This document shows positions 36,427 through 49,109 of a stretch of DNA of 64,000 bases, one piece after another (positions within the stretch are counted from its first letter, which is position 1; every line of letters starts with the position of its first letter). The DNA is from Chiloscyllium plagiosum. Its lineage: Eukaryota. Position numbers and translations under genes: made by a program. The notes below the pieces were generated by a model that made no database searches, had not been told where the DNA came from, and saw only the letters and a list, made by a program, of their open reading frames with translations. The stretch lies in contig NC_057717.1 of the NCBI RefSeq assembly GCF_004010195.1, positions 107,482,709-107,546,708 of the forward strand, read 5' to 3'.

Positions 36427-39339
36427 AACTCCTCCTCAAGGCCACCCTGACCGAGCTGGTTCGACCAATCGACTTGTAGATTAAAATCCCCCATGATAAT
36501 TGCTGTTCCATTTTTACAGGCATTAGTTATTTATTTGTTTATTGTCAGCCCCAATGTGATATTATTTGGTGACCTATAGACTACGCCTATAAGTGACTTT
36601 TTCTTCTTAGAATTTCTAATTTCCACCCAAATGGATTTAACCTTATTCTCCAAAGAACCTATATCATCTCTCAACACCGCCCTGGTGTTGTCCTTGAATA
36701 TCAAAGCTGCTTCACCCCCCTTACCTTCCTAGGCAAAAGTAAGTACTACAAATTCTGGAGATGAGAGTGGTGCTGGAAAAGCACAGCAGGTCAGGCAGCA
36801 TCCAAGGAGCAGGAAAATCAACATTTTGGGCAAAAGCTTGATGAAGGGCTTTTACAGTCATGGAGATGTGCAACACACTCTTTGGTCTAACTTGTCCGTA
36901 CCGACCAGATATCCCAACCCAATCTAGCCCCACCTGCCAGCACCCGGCCCATATAGCTCCAAACCCTTCCTATTTATATACCCATCCAGATGCCTTTTAA
37001 ATGTTGCAATTGTACCAGCCTCCACCATTTCCTCTGGCAGCTCGTTCCATATACGTACAACCCTCTGCGTGAAAAAGTTGCCCCTTAGGTCTCTTGTATA
37101 TCTTTCCTCTCTCACCCTAAACCCATGCCCTCTAGTTCTGGAGTACCTCACCCTAGGGAAAAGACTTTGTCTATTTATCCTATCCATGCCCCTCATGATT
37201 TTATAAACTTCTATAAGGTTACCCCTCAGCCTCTTGACGCTCCAGGGAAAACAGCCCCAGCCTATTCAACCTCTCCCTATAGCTCAAATTCTCCAACCCT
37301 GGTAACATCCTTGTAAATCTTTTCTGAGCCCTTCCAAGTTTCACATCTTTCCAATAGGAAGGAGACCAGAATTGCACGTATTATTTTTGTTTGAAATGTC
37401 GATGTTCCTGCTCCTCGGATGTTGCCTTACCTTCCTGTCTATCCTGCTGAATAGTCTGATACCCTTGGATATTTAACTTCCAGTCGTGACAATCCTGTCA
37501 CCATGTCTCTGTAATGGCTACTAAATCATATTAATTTTCGATGGTTTGTGCTGTTAACTCATCAACCTTGTTATGAATGCAACAAGCATTCAGGTAAAGT
37601 GCCCTTATGCTAGCTTTCTTACCTTCATGATTTCCAACATCTCTAATTACATCTCCTGAGTTATCCTTCCTTTTTACTTCCTTCATAGTCTGCCTTGAAC
37701 TTAAACTCTCCGACACATGCTTACCTAGTGCTTATCTTTTTATTTACCATCATACTTCCTGTCGTGTGTCTCCCTCCCCTCCTCCCCCCCCCGACACTAG
37801 TTTAAAGTCCTTGTTTCCTCTTCTTGACAATCCTCCCTGGGTTGGTCACAATGTGATTATCTTGTAGATTCCTTTCTCAAGCAAAATAAATCTGCATTTT
37901 GAAAAGAACTGGAGGCTTTCTTGCATTGACAAAAGAGTTACTAAACAAAAAAGGAATTAATAAATAACATATACACAAAGACTAGGAATAAGAAAAGAAT
38001 CCAAAAGAATCTAAAAGAGATTACTCTCCCTCTGTCATTCATGAAGAGCAGATTATGAAACAGTGATAATTGAATGATTGATTTTGAGGTTCTTGGCTCT
38101 TGCAGATTGGCTGAAATCCTGTTGTCCTGTTTCCATTTGGCTGTTGGCTGGCAGCACTCAGCTGGAGATCCTTCTGTTGTCCTTCCCTTTGACTGTCTTA
38201 TTAACTAATTGGCTTCAAATATTTAGAGCAAGAGAATCCTTTTGTCTGTAATTCACGGTTGACTAGCGTGTGGTTCTTCAGTTTTGAGGTTCACATTGCA
38301 CTTGTGCTTCAACCAAAGCTGGTACACGCAGACAAAAACAGAGCTTGCTGGAAAAGCTCAGCAGGTCTGGCAGCAACTGTGGAGAGAAATCAGAGTTAAT
38401 GTTTTGGGTTGAGTGACCATTCCTCATAACATGTAAACTTCAGTTCACCAGCGTACTTGTTCCACTAGCACCTCTTCTCCCATTAGCACACACGTACCAA
38501 GGTTAACACTTTGTTTTGTCTATTCCTAGAAAGACAAAACATTAGAAAATGTCTGCAAGAGGTGGCTTTGTGCTGAGATGGTGAGATAGCTTATTATTTC
38601 TTCTGTTCCACTCTCTCCTTCTCCTTGTCTGAGGTTTCCCTGACATTCTACAGGTGTGACATCACATGGATCCCACACAAGGCTTCACCAGACAGCACTG
38701 AATTTACATCTGCATTTTTTTTTTGATTCTGGATTTGTGATTGGAAGCTCATCTCAAAGTCAAAAGGCTCCAAGTTGGTGAACAGTCTGCTTCACCTTCA
38801 GATAGAAGGATGGAGTAGATGACCAGCGAGGAGTCGACAGAAGTGGTGGTGAGGTAGAACCAGGCATTCTCAGCACACATATGGAATCTCACCTGTTTTT
38901 GAACGCTGTCACTAATGGGAAACATGTAGAAATAAGAGCGGTCAAGGTCAGATGTTTGGGGCCCAAGAGGTACCCAAGGAGTGAGAAAAGAGTAAGACAT
39001 CACAGGTGGCTGTCTGATGATGATGAGTTAAATAACAATTAAAGCTACAAAAGCTGGATGATAGCTGAGCGAGTAAAGTTATCCTGCAGCAGTTTAATAA
39101 ATTGGGTAGTAGAATGCATCTCTCTGTCTTGCAGTGTGACAGCAGAACCATCAAGGGAAGTCAGAAATCATTCCACATATCATTAACCAATACTTGGATT
39201 AACATGGACACAAAGTTCTGAATTCCTTTGGTAAATTGTTGTTTATACATGGAATTGTAATAAAATGTGATATGTTAAATTATCTGCAATTAGTGTAATG
39301 CTTATCATTGTCAGAAATATGTTCACTGTGACCATGCGT

Positions 39340-40460
39340 AGAAACAGTAAATAGAAGCAGGAGTAATCCATTTGGCCCTTCAAGTTTGTTCTGCCATTCA
39401 TAATGATCATGGCTGACTCCACCCCCAAGGCTCCCAGCCTCATTCCTGATGAAGGGCTTTTGCCCGAAACGTCAATTTTCCTGCTCCTCGGATGCTGCCT
39501 GACCCACTGTGTTTTTCCAGCACTACACTCTCAACATCCAACTAAGTAGTCTGTTCCTGCTTATCCCTCATATTCGTTAATCTCTTCAGCCCAAAGCGCT
39601 ATTTGCAACTCTTTCCTGAAATCAAACAATATCTTGCTCACCCAAGGAGCAAGGAGAATCAACGTTTCAGGCACAAGCCCTTCATCAAGATGAAACATCG
39701 ATTCTCCTGTTCCTCGGATGCTGCCTGACCTGCTGTGCTTTTCCAGCACCACACTCTCAACTCTGATCTCCAGCATCTGCAGTCCTCACTTTCTCCTAAT
39801 ATTTTGCTCAACTGCTTTCTGTGTTAGGGAATTCCACTTGTTCAATACTCAATTGGTGAAGAGATTTCTCTTCATCTCAGTCATAGTTTACCCTTAGACT
39901 GTTATCCCTAATTATGGACTCCCCAGTCATTGGGAACATCCTTCCAGTGTCTACTCTTCTTATAGGTTGGAATTTTATAGGTTTATATGCAATCTCTCCT
40001 TGTTCTTCTTAAATTCAGTGAATATAATCCTAACTGGTTTAACCTACCCTTAGATATCAGTTCTGCCATCTCAGGAATCAGTCTGGTAAACCTTCAATGC
40101 ACTCTCTCTATAACAAGAACATCTTTCCTCTGATTAGGAGACTAAAACAGCACACAATATGTCAGGAGAAGTTTCTCCAAGGCTGTACACTTGCAACAAG
40201 ATGCCCCTCTTCTATATTTGAATCCTCTCTGTGAAGGCTGACATACTATTTGTCTTCTTTACCTCCTGCTGCAGATATGTCCTTACCTTCAGCAACTGCT
40301 TTTCAAGGACACCCAAGTCCAAGTGCACATTCTTGTGTCTCAATTTATAGCCATTCAAATAATAATCTGCCTTCCTGTATTTCCTACTATAGTGGATAAC
40401 CTCACATCTATCCATATTATCTTGCATTTGTTATGCTTTGCCCAGTCATTCAGTTTACCT
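39340..40460 (-). mobile_element. Old CR1 3' portion with two Penelope-derived inserts (~39420-39533; 39641-39797)
   Basis: ORF 40212..40427 CEVIHYSRK...DLGVL. TSD aatat(c/t)ttgctca at 39628-39640 and 39798-39810. Confidence 0.8.
39446..39473 (+). ncRNA. Minimal hammerhead ribozyme core
   Basis: CTGATGA-A-GGGC-TTTT-GCCC-GAAA-C-GTC, identical to 34131-34158. Confidence 0.65.
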
Positions 40461-40710
40461 GAGCCGGTTGGTTCACAAAGCCATACTCATACAGTTGTCT
40501 TTTTTTAAATTTTGGGATCTAAGAGATGACCCCTCAGTAGTTGGACAAAGTATTAATAAAGGTCAAGAAGTTTGCTATTTGATGATCTCAGTGTACTGAA
40601 GAATGCAAAAAAGAAGTGTCATGGAGTACAATTTGTAAGAGAAAACTGATCTCTTACCATGATAAGTGTAGCAAATCCTGATGGTACAGTTATCAAATAT
40701 TTCATTTCAG

Positions 40711-40806
40711 ATCCTGCTTTTCGAAATGAATGGGGCATGAATCGTCGAAGAGGCCAGACTTTGAACAGAATGCCACATTATGAGTCATTTGAAGAGATAT
40801 TTACAG
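40711..40806 (+). CDS. Coding exon 5 (D)PAFRNEWGMNRRRGQTLNRMPHYESFEEIFT
   Basis: Acceptor tatttcatttcag, donor CAG|gtgtga, 96 nt, phase 1-1, open. Starts AT CCT G like exon 4. Confidence 0.72.
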
Positions 40807-43049
40807 GTGTGAAAAACAATTACAGTCCAACATAAATCACTCCCAATGTCAGAAGATAAAGAAGCTTTAAATTTGAAATGTGTTTGTGGTTGTGGAGAAT
40901 GGAATTATGATATAGAAAGACTACACTCAGGAATATTTTCTGTTTAGTTTACTGTAGTCAGGATAGGATCAATTTATTTGGTGTAACTTTCAATGGTTCT
41001 TATGAGTTTGTTATACTGTTAGGCTGTAGATATAACATAGATTGTATAATGAATACTGGCAGAGTATACCAAAGTGCTTATGAGAGTTGTTACTGTTACT
41101 CAACCTAACAAGAATACACATCTATACAATGTATCTCACCTAGATACATGATATGCAAGAAGACATGAACAATAACACTGGAAACTTAGGAGTTTTGCAA
41201 GGAGGAGCAAACACAAGGATGTGGTCAAAGAATTAAAAAGACAAAAAGTCTTATAATTACACACTTTAAGATTAGGCAGGATGCCTCAAAAATAGAGTCA
41301 CATATGGACCAGACTGTATCAAGACAGCAGGTTTTCTTCCCTACAACACAGCTCCTTTGGTGCATCCTTGGTTCATGAAGTCAGGTATTTGGACTACTAG
41401 CCCTGTAACATAATCATAGTGCTATCAAACCTCTTTCTTGGAAAAATACTCATTATCTGGCATGTTTGTGACACAAGCATTACTTGCTTCTTACCCTAAG
41501 CCAGATATTGTCCAAATCTTGCTGCACGTGTTTATGGGCAGCTGTCTTCTGAGGAAATGTAAATGGAACTGAATGCTGTCCAATTGTCAGAAATTATCAC
41601 CACCTCTGACCTAAATGAAAGAGATGAGGAAGCAAGAAATAAAGCAACTGGCAAAGACAGTAGTATCTTGATGTTAAAATGATTGGCCCCAACAATCAAA
41701 AACCATCAGCCCATGGAGAGGTTTCCACCAGTTCAGTTTTAAGGTACTCCTCAATGGAATAATTGGCTCAAATGCTATTTGATGTCAAGGGCAATGACTC
41801 AGCTCATCTTAGGATAAGTTAGGGAGATGGTTTTGGGTGGGATGCCCTTCAGAGGGTCGATGTGGACTTGTTGGGCCGATGGCCTGTTTCCATACTATAA
41901 GGATACTATTCTATTCTACTCTAACCTCCATTCTCATCAGTTTTCTTTTGTCCATGTTTGCAGCTAGGAATAAGACAAAAGCAAACTATTGCTGATGTGG
42001 AAATTCTAAAACAATAGCAGAAAACATTAGAAATACTCAGCAGATCAGGAAGCATCTGTGAAGAAAAATAGAATACATATCTATATCAGTTAGTGTGCAG
42101 ATATCTGGAGACAGGATGTAACCCCACCGATGTGCAGCTGGATCTCTTGGACATCCTTATGCGCTGACTCTATTGAAATTTCTTGAGTGGTTTAAACCTT
42201 CTTTGGACAGCTCCCCAAGACCTGCCCATTTATCTCCAACTTTGAGTTGGTAGAGATCTGAGCTACTTATCTGGGTACTTAGCCAGGAAATGTCTTAGAG
42301 ATGAAAACACCGTTTAACTTTTGGATGTTCAAACAGCTGACCCTTCACCATTGATTGTTCGTGACTCCCCCATGACTCGCTCAACTTCTCTGAAACTCCC
42401 AATATTCTGACTCCCTCCTGACATTAATCTCGGACCATTAATCCCTGACTCCTGCTTGACCCTTCCACAAACCTGACTATCCCCCCCCAATCCTAACCCT
42501 AAACTAACCCAACTCCACCTTGACATGACCTTACTAGTCTACTGCCCTGCCACCCAACCTACAACTTTTTCACTTACCCATCAGCCACTCTCCTCACCTG
42601 ATACTTGACCAACCTACCAACCAACACACCTCCACATTACTACCTTGTACCCTAGCTACTTACTTCACATACCATACTCTGTCATCCATTTACAAACCTA
42701 TGCATTTCATTCATACAATCCCACAACTACTCGGTTAAAATCTGGGAATTTTGAACTTGCCTGTGAGAAAACGCCAAAAAGGGGTATAGTTTCTGTGTGG
42801 ATATTCTCAGCTGCTCCCTCTGAGGATTCCTGTGCTGACTGAGGGTGGGAGAATCCTATATTGGAAGATCAGACAGAAAAATTGGAGAAAGTTAAGTCAT
42901 AATTTTTATCTGGCCAGAGACATTGGGCAAATGTTTCAGGATGATATCCTCTCATCTAAAGTTCTGAAGCTGAGGATTTCTGGTGGAACCCAAAGTGAGA
43001 ATCTTTGTGAGTTATTGTGAGTAACTGCTGCTTGACAGCACTGTCAATA

Positions 43050-43172
43050 GTTCCTGATGAAGGGCTTTTGATTTTTCTGCTTCTCGGATGCTGCCTGACT
43101 TGCTGTGCTTTTCCAGCACCATTCTAATCTTGACTGTAATCTCCAGCATCCGCAGTACCCACTTCTGCCTAG
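43050..43172 (+). mobile_element. Penelope terminal-repeat insert with a deleted hammerhead core
   Basis: ctgatgaagggcttttg (GAAAC missing) followed by the common ggatgctgcctgac...ttccagcacc repeat; flanked by actgtcaa on both sides. Confidence 0.8.
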
Positions 43173-44229
43173 GACTGTCAACAACACTTTCTATTACTTC
43201 ACTGACCTCACCAGAGTAATTGTCAATTTTGTTTATTTCTCATGGTGCAGCAGGTTTGGAGTGCAAATAGTAATCTAGATCCTTACTTTCATTCCAAGTC
43301 AGAAGGTAGAGACAGGACATGTCCTGGTCCTGCAAAATCAACCGGCATAAAGTGCCTCAGAAGGTCAGATTTTCCTTTTGGATTGACTGGGTTCCCTGCA
43401 AGGCAAGCCTACTGACCTTGAAACTAGAGTTAAGGCTACAGGTGCAATCTGGCACAAGGTCTGCCTCTCTGCACTGGCACTGAACTGCAGTTTTAGAATT
43501 CCTAAAGCAAGCTAGAATTCCAGTGCAAAGAGAACCAAGATGATTCCTGCTTAAGAGAAGGTAATGGTTAAGTAGGAATAACATCCTCCACAGAGGGGAT
43601 CCAAGAGATAAAATGTTCTTCAATGGAAAAACAGTTTACGGACCATATAAGATCAAGATCAGAACTGAACCAAAGACCTACAAAGCCTCCTGACTATCTA
43701 AAATTATGAAGTTAGAGACTTGGAGCAAGATGGATAGCTGTAAATTTAATTAGACATGTGAATATATAAATGCAAAGTGTTGAAAAATTATTTGGATGGA
43801 AGTGTTGTATGGGTTAATGGTTCTGAAAAGGTTAATGTTGGAGACTGCATTAAACATCACCCATTCTGATGATAGCATACCATTTTGGGTGGGGAATTAG
43901 AATAGCTCTGGATTTCAAAATGGACAGATGTGTCATCGATGCTCCCCAATAATCTGAGGAACAGCATGCGGAAATTTTCCGTGTTTTTTTTAAGAGATTC
44001 AGTGCCGGGTCTGCCAAGGCTTTTCTCTATTGCTCTTCATCTTATTGATTATGCAGCTGGGCTCTTAAGAATTGTACAGCCGGAGAGGCAAGATTGTAAC
44101 CATTGCTGGGAACCTTCCGATGTCCAGGCCAGTAACACCCATGCTTACAGCCCTGCTGCATGATATTTCAGAAGCTACAAGTCAGGAATGACTGCTCACA
44201 CTGTGCTGTTTGATCATTATCTCCAAGGA

Positions 44230-44470
44230 CATGACCCAGGGGAGAGGAAAGCAGAGTTCCCTTCCTGCTTCATATAAAAGGACCTTGAGCCCTTGGTGGA
44301 TGGTGCAGTAGAAGGGAGAGCAATCATTTTTATTTGCGGACCATTACAGGAGGCCACACCACCAAACGAAGCCAACCTGGACCCAAAATGCAGTCAGTAC
44401 TGCTTCCCAAGTGAAAAGGAATGGCCTGAATACACAAAGAGGGTCATTATCTCCTGTCCTCCACAAGTGC
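44230..44470 (+). mobile_element. Possible Harbinger Myb/SANT-like relic
   Basis: KDLEPLVDGAVEGRAIIF resembles the start of Harbinger Myb/SANT domains; heavily decayed. Confidence 0.4.
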
Positions 44471-45089
44471 TAATGCTATTATCTTCTTCCTTCACGTAAC
44501 ATCCACAGCGCCACAATGCAGTCTAACTCTGGCATTGCATACACTTCCTGCCAAGGTTCACTGACCACAGATCTCACTGTTGCATGCATAATGCCGACTT
44601 AATGGCTTTCACCCACCTCATCCTTCCAAATGACTGACACTTCCTGTTTGTGCACTTCCCTACTCACTGAATGGGGACATCCATTCAATCCTCCTGCTCC
44701 TCATCTCCACTAACTACTCCTCAATCTATGTCCATCATACTCAATCTCTCCCATTGTCTCATTGCAGGAAAAATCCTCCTCTGTGTCCCTAAAGCAAAAG
44801 ATCCATAGTTATTTGACTAGCCCGTCTATAATTCCAGACTGATTGAACTTTACCTTCAGGACTGTCCATAGTCCAATACCATGGACTACAAGGACACAAA
44901 CTCTTGGAATAAGGTAATGCTAAGCACCCAACTGTGGCTAACCCCTGGACTAGAATCACAAGAGCCCGGACTAACCCACGAACACCCTTCGCCACGCTGA
45001 GGACTGCTTCTCTTGACTTTCACATATGGCCAATGGCTTTAAGCACGTGCAGTGTATTTGTCACTTAAACTGCTGGCACATCCTGTTGG

Positions 45090-47850
45090 TCATAGGAACA
45101 GGGATAGGCCATTCAGCCCCTTGAGCCTGTTCTGCTATTAATGAGATTGTGGCTGATCTGTGATCAAACTCCACACATCTGCCTTTGGTCCTTATCTCTT
45201 AAAGCTTTGCTTAACACTTTTTTTTTCAGCAGATTTAAAACTAACAACAATTCCAGCATTCACTGACATTTGTGAACGTGAGTTCCAAACAGCTACCACC
45301 CTTTCTGTGGAAAAGTGGTTCCTAATATCTCTTCTGAATGGCCTAACCCTAATTCTCAGACAATGCCCCTTATTTTAGAATCCCCAACCAGTGAAAATAG
45401 TTTATCTTTATCTACCCTGTCCTTTCCTATTAATGTTTTGAAGACTTCAATCAGATCATCCCTTAACCTTCTAACTCCTAAACAAGGGTGGCTTAGTGGT
45501 TAGTATTGCTACCTCACAGAGCCAGGGACATGGGTTCAATTCCATCCTCAGGTGACTGTGTGGAATTTGTACATTCTTCCCCGTATCTGCATGGGCTTCC
45601 TCTTGGTGTTCCAGTTTTCTCCCGTAATCCAAAGATGTGCAGGTTAGGTGGATTGACCATGCTAAATTGCTTCATAGTGTCCAGGGATGTGCAGGCTAGG
45701 TGGATTAGCCACTGGAAATGGAGAGTTACAGGAATGAGGGGGGAGGGGTCTGGGTCTGGGTGGGATGATCTTCAGAAGGTTGGTAGTAATTCAGTGGGCC
45801 AAATGACTTGCTTCCACATTGTAGGGATTATATTCTGTGATTCTAAGACAGACCTAATTTGTATAATCTTTCTTCATGACTTTACATCCAAAGTCCAGAT
45901 TTAATTCTTGTAAATTACTTTGTACTCCCTCCAAAGCCGCTGTATCATTCCTAAAATGTATTGTTGTAACGTTAGACTAAAGTGCTTAAACTGGTTCTTT
46001 AAGGTCTGATCAAAATGAGTACAAGAAAACACATGTGCTTTGATGTAAAGCAAATTTACTACCTTAAACTACTTCAAATATACGCAAACGAATGAGTGAA
46101 TCTATTAGTGAGTCTCATGCCTTTGTACACGTCAAAGTCCCCTCAGCGATGGCTGACATTTGGATTGCGATCTCAATTCCATGGCACCATCTGTTCCAAT
46201 GGTGAAGTCCAACAAACTGTGAAAAGTCTCTGATATGAATAGTATACTGCATGCTTTAATATTACATGCCAAATTACCTCTTCTGAGTACTTTTCCAAAG
46301 ATTCCTCTGCATTTGGTGATCAAAAAAAGTTGATAAAAAAAACAAACTGTTTTCATGCTATGTTTTTCTTCTTGCAAAACAGCCTGTTATTGCATAATTT
46401 TCCATTCTCATTCAGTTGCTTCTTACCAAGCCCAGTTGACTTCTAATGATCTGTTTTGGAGTTATAAGTTTTGGATTCATACGCTACAGGTGTCCAGATT
46501 TGCACACAGTACTTCAAGTGAGGTCTAGCCAGAGTATTGTACAACCGCAGCATATCTTCTACATCCTTGTGCTGCAATCCTCTTGATACAAAGACCAGCA
46601 TTCCATTAGATTTCTTGATTATTTTCTGCATCTGTTCCTGTTACTTTAAAGACCTATGTACCTGACCCCCCAAGTCTCTTTAGATATTCACTGTATTTAA
46701 CTTCATACCATCTAGGAAGTACACTGATCTAGCCTTTTTTGGTTTAAAATAGATAACATCATACTTGCTTACATTGGACTCTATCTGCCACAATCTTGTC
46801 CATTCATTTAGTCTAACAATATCCCTTTGTAATTTTGTGCTACTATCTACACTGTCTAAATTGCCATTTAACTTTGCATCATCAACAAATTTAGATATAC
46901 GACTTTCTGTGCCATTCTCCAAGTTATTAATAATATGAATAATTGAGGCCCTAACGCAGATCTTTGTGGAACACCACTTAACACATCCTGCCAATTTGAC
47001 TACCTCCTGATTATCACTACTTCCTATCACCTGCCACTCAACGAAATTTCCTAGCCAAGTCAGTAACTTACCCTCAGTCTGTGGGCTTCTACCTTAGTTA
47101 ACTGCCTCTTGTGTGAGACTTCATCAGATGCCTTCTGGAAGTCTATAAAAACAACATCCATAGAAATTCCCCTGCCCACTACCTACTCATCTCTCCAAAA
47201 GATTCAATGAGGTTGGTCGGGCATGACCTACCTGTCACAAATCCATGCTGGCTCTCCCTGACTAACGGGAATTTTCAAGGTTTTCAGTTACCCAATTTTT
47301 AATTATAGACTCCAACAACTTCCCTGCCACAGATGTTAGGTTAACTGATCTATGGTTCCTTGACTTACCTTTTTCACCTTTCTTAAACAGCAGAGTGACA
47401 CATGCAATTTTCCAATCCAGAGGATGGCTGCAGTATCAAGGCAACTCTAAAAGATTATAATTAGGGCAACTTCAATGTGCTCCCTATTTCTTTTAACACA
47501 CTTAGATCAAAACTATCAGGTCTTGGAATTTGTCACTATTTAATTCCATTAGTTTCCTCATTATCAATGTTTTACTTGCATTTGTTTTATTCAGTTCCTG
47601 TTCCTGATCTACTATTAATTTCTTCAGGGCTTCTGACAAGCTCTCTTCCTGTTCTATGGTAAATGCAGAGGCAAAGTAATTATTCAGCGCGTATGACATT
47701 TCCCCATAGTCCTTGACATTGTCCCCACTTTGACTCTTTAGTGGACCAACTTAGCTTCTGAATACCCATTTTCCTTTAAGTAACTATAAAATGTCTTCTC
47801 ATTGATCTTGATGTCCCTGGCAAGTTCCCTTTCCTAATCCCTTTTCATAG
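45090..47850 (-). mobile_element. Old CR1 LINE, interrupted
   Basis: ORFs 46443 (LARPHLKYCVQIW), 46680 (ISKFVDDAKL) and 47502 (ALNNYFASAFT). Confidence 0.85.
45485..45845 (+). mobile_element. HE1-like tRNA-derived SINE
   Basis: A box gtggcttagtggttag, B box gggttcaattcc; body matches 14971-15325. Confidence 0.85.
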
Positions 47851-48019
47851 CTGTTACAAGCTACTTGGTGGACCTTTGCTGGCCCTTGACTGTTCAGTGC
47901 TTCCCACTGTGACAAACTGTTTGCCTTTTCCTTTGCATTCAGAAGCTGTGTAAACCACAGAGATTGGCAAACTGTTTCTGAACATGCAAGACCATGTACA
48001 CTGAAAAAGCACTGTGACC

Positions 48020-48260
48020 CAGAGAGAGGCTGGCAGCCTGTAACTTAGTGCTGAAGTCAATGAGTGTATGTTAAGAAAGCAATGCAAAAGTCTGCTGAAG
48101 TCAGTGAGTAAGCTCAGAACGCAATGAAAAGTAGACAGATGCTGGCAGTCTATAAGTCAGTGCTGAAGTCAGTGAGTGCACTAAGAAAGCAACATGAAGC
48201 ATACAGAGGCTGGTGGCCTCCAAGTAAGATCAAAGTGAATGAATGCTAAACAAAAAGTAA
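48020..48260 (+). repeat. Diverged tandem repeat
   Basis: tgctgaagtca(a/g)tgagt three times and ga(g/t)gctgg three times, at 40-70 bp spacing. Confidence 0.7.
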
Positions 48261-48613
48261 GATAAGTGCCATAAGATGCATCCTGTACACATTACATTTC
48301 CAAGAGTCAAGAAAAAAAATTATTTACTATTGCATTCACAACCTCAAGATATTGCATTTAAGTATTTTTGAAATGTAGTTACTGTTGTAATGTAGAAAAC
48401 CAGTGACAGCGAGATTGTACACAACAACTCAGATCTGTACCATGAGTCAAAAACATGGAAATCCCTCCTTACCAGCACTTGAATGCGTCAACACCACACA
48501 TGCTGCCGCAGTATAGCAATACAGCTCACCACCATCTTCTTAAAGGCAATTAGAGATGAGTAATAAATGCTGGCCTTACTAATGATGCCCACAGCCAATA
48601 AAGAGATACCACT

Positions 48614-49109
48614 TGCCTGCCCCTCTTCCGCGGTTATGTTAGAGCCCGGGTGTCCTTGGAGAAGGAGCACGCGGTGTCGACCAACAGCCTGGAGTTGTTC
48701 AGGGAGAGGTGGGCGCCGCAGGGAGTGGAGTGCATCATTTCTCTCTCCAATTCTATTTTGATTTAGTCCCTACCCTCCCCTTCACTGTTTTGATCACACA
48801 GCACTGTCCCTTGATGTGAAGGGCAGTGCTTGTCACTGGCCACCCGGGTGTTTTCCTATCTTCCTGGTGGTGGAATTTGAATAAAGATTGGTGCACTTTG
48901 TGTCTTCCACTGTGTCTCACACCTGCACACACAAACCATGGGTGCTGGGGATAAAATAAGCACTACTGCACTTAGGTGGTAGTGTGGGGGAAAAAAAAAG
49001 AAAGAAAAAAAAACAGGAGTACCCCTACATCCACCATGGGTGCTGGGGATAAAATAAGCACTACCAAAGAAAGAAAAAAAGAAGAAAAAAAAAATTAAAA
49101 AAAATAAAA
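48614..49109 (+). mobile_element. Young 5'-truncated Tx1/L1-clade LINE insertion
   Basis: Uninterrupted C-terminus CLPLFRGYVRARVSLEKEHAVSTNSLELFRERWAPQGVECII...stop, A-rich tail, perfect 17-bp TSD aataaagagataccact (48597-48613; 49110-49126). Confidence 0.75.

Larger units (their letters stand above)
32752..37800 (-). mobile_element. Near-complete CR1 ORF2 (endonuclease, RT, 3' UTR), frameshifted, with nested Penelope inserts and a second CR1 3' fragment (36855-37380)
   Basis: ORFs 37531 (IRALYLNACCIHNKVDEL), 35939 (LGRNDHSMVEF), 35243 (KSPGPDGMHPRVLKE), 35017 (YLDFQKAFDTVPH), 34476 (SKFADDTK) and 32890 (FFTQRVVNLWNSLP). Confidence 0.92.

Noticed and set aside
45485..45550. tRNA gene (also 15260-15325 on the - strand)
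   Set aside because: The A and B boxes are the heads of SINEs and run straight into SINE body sequence.
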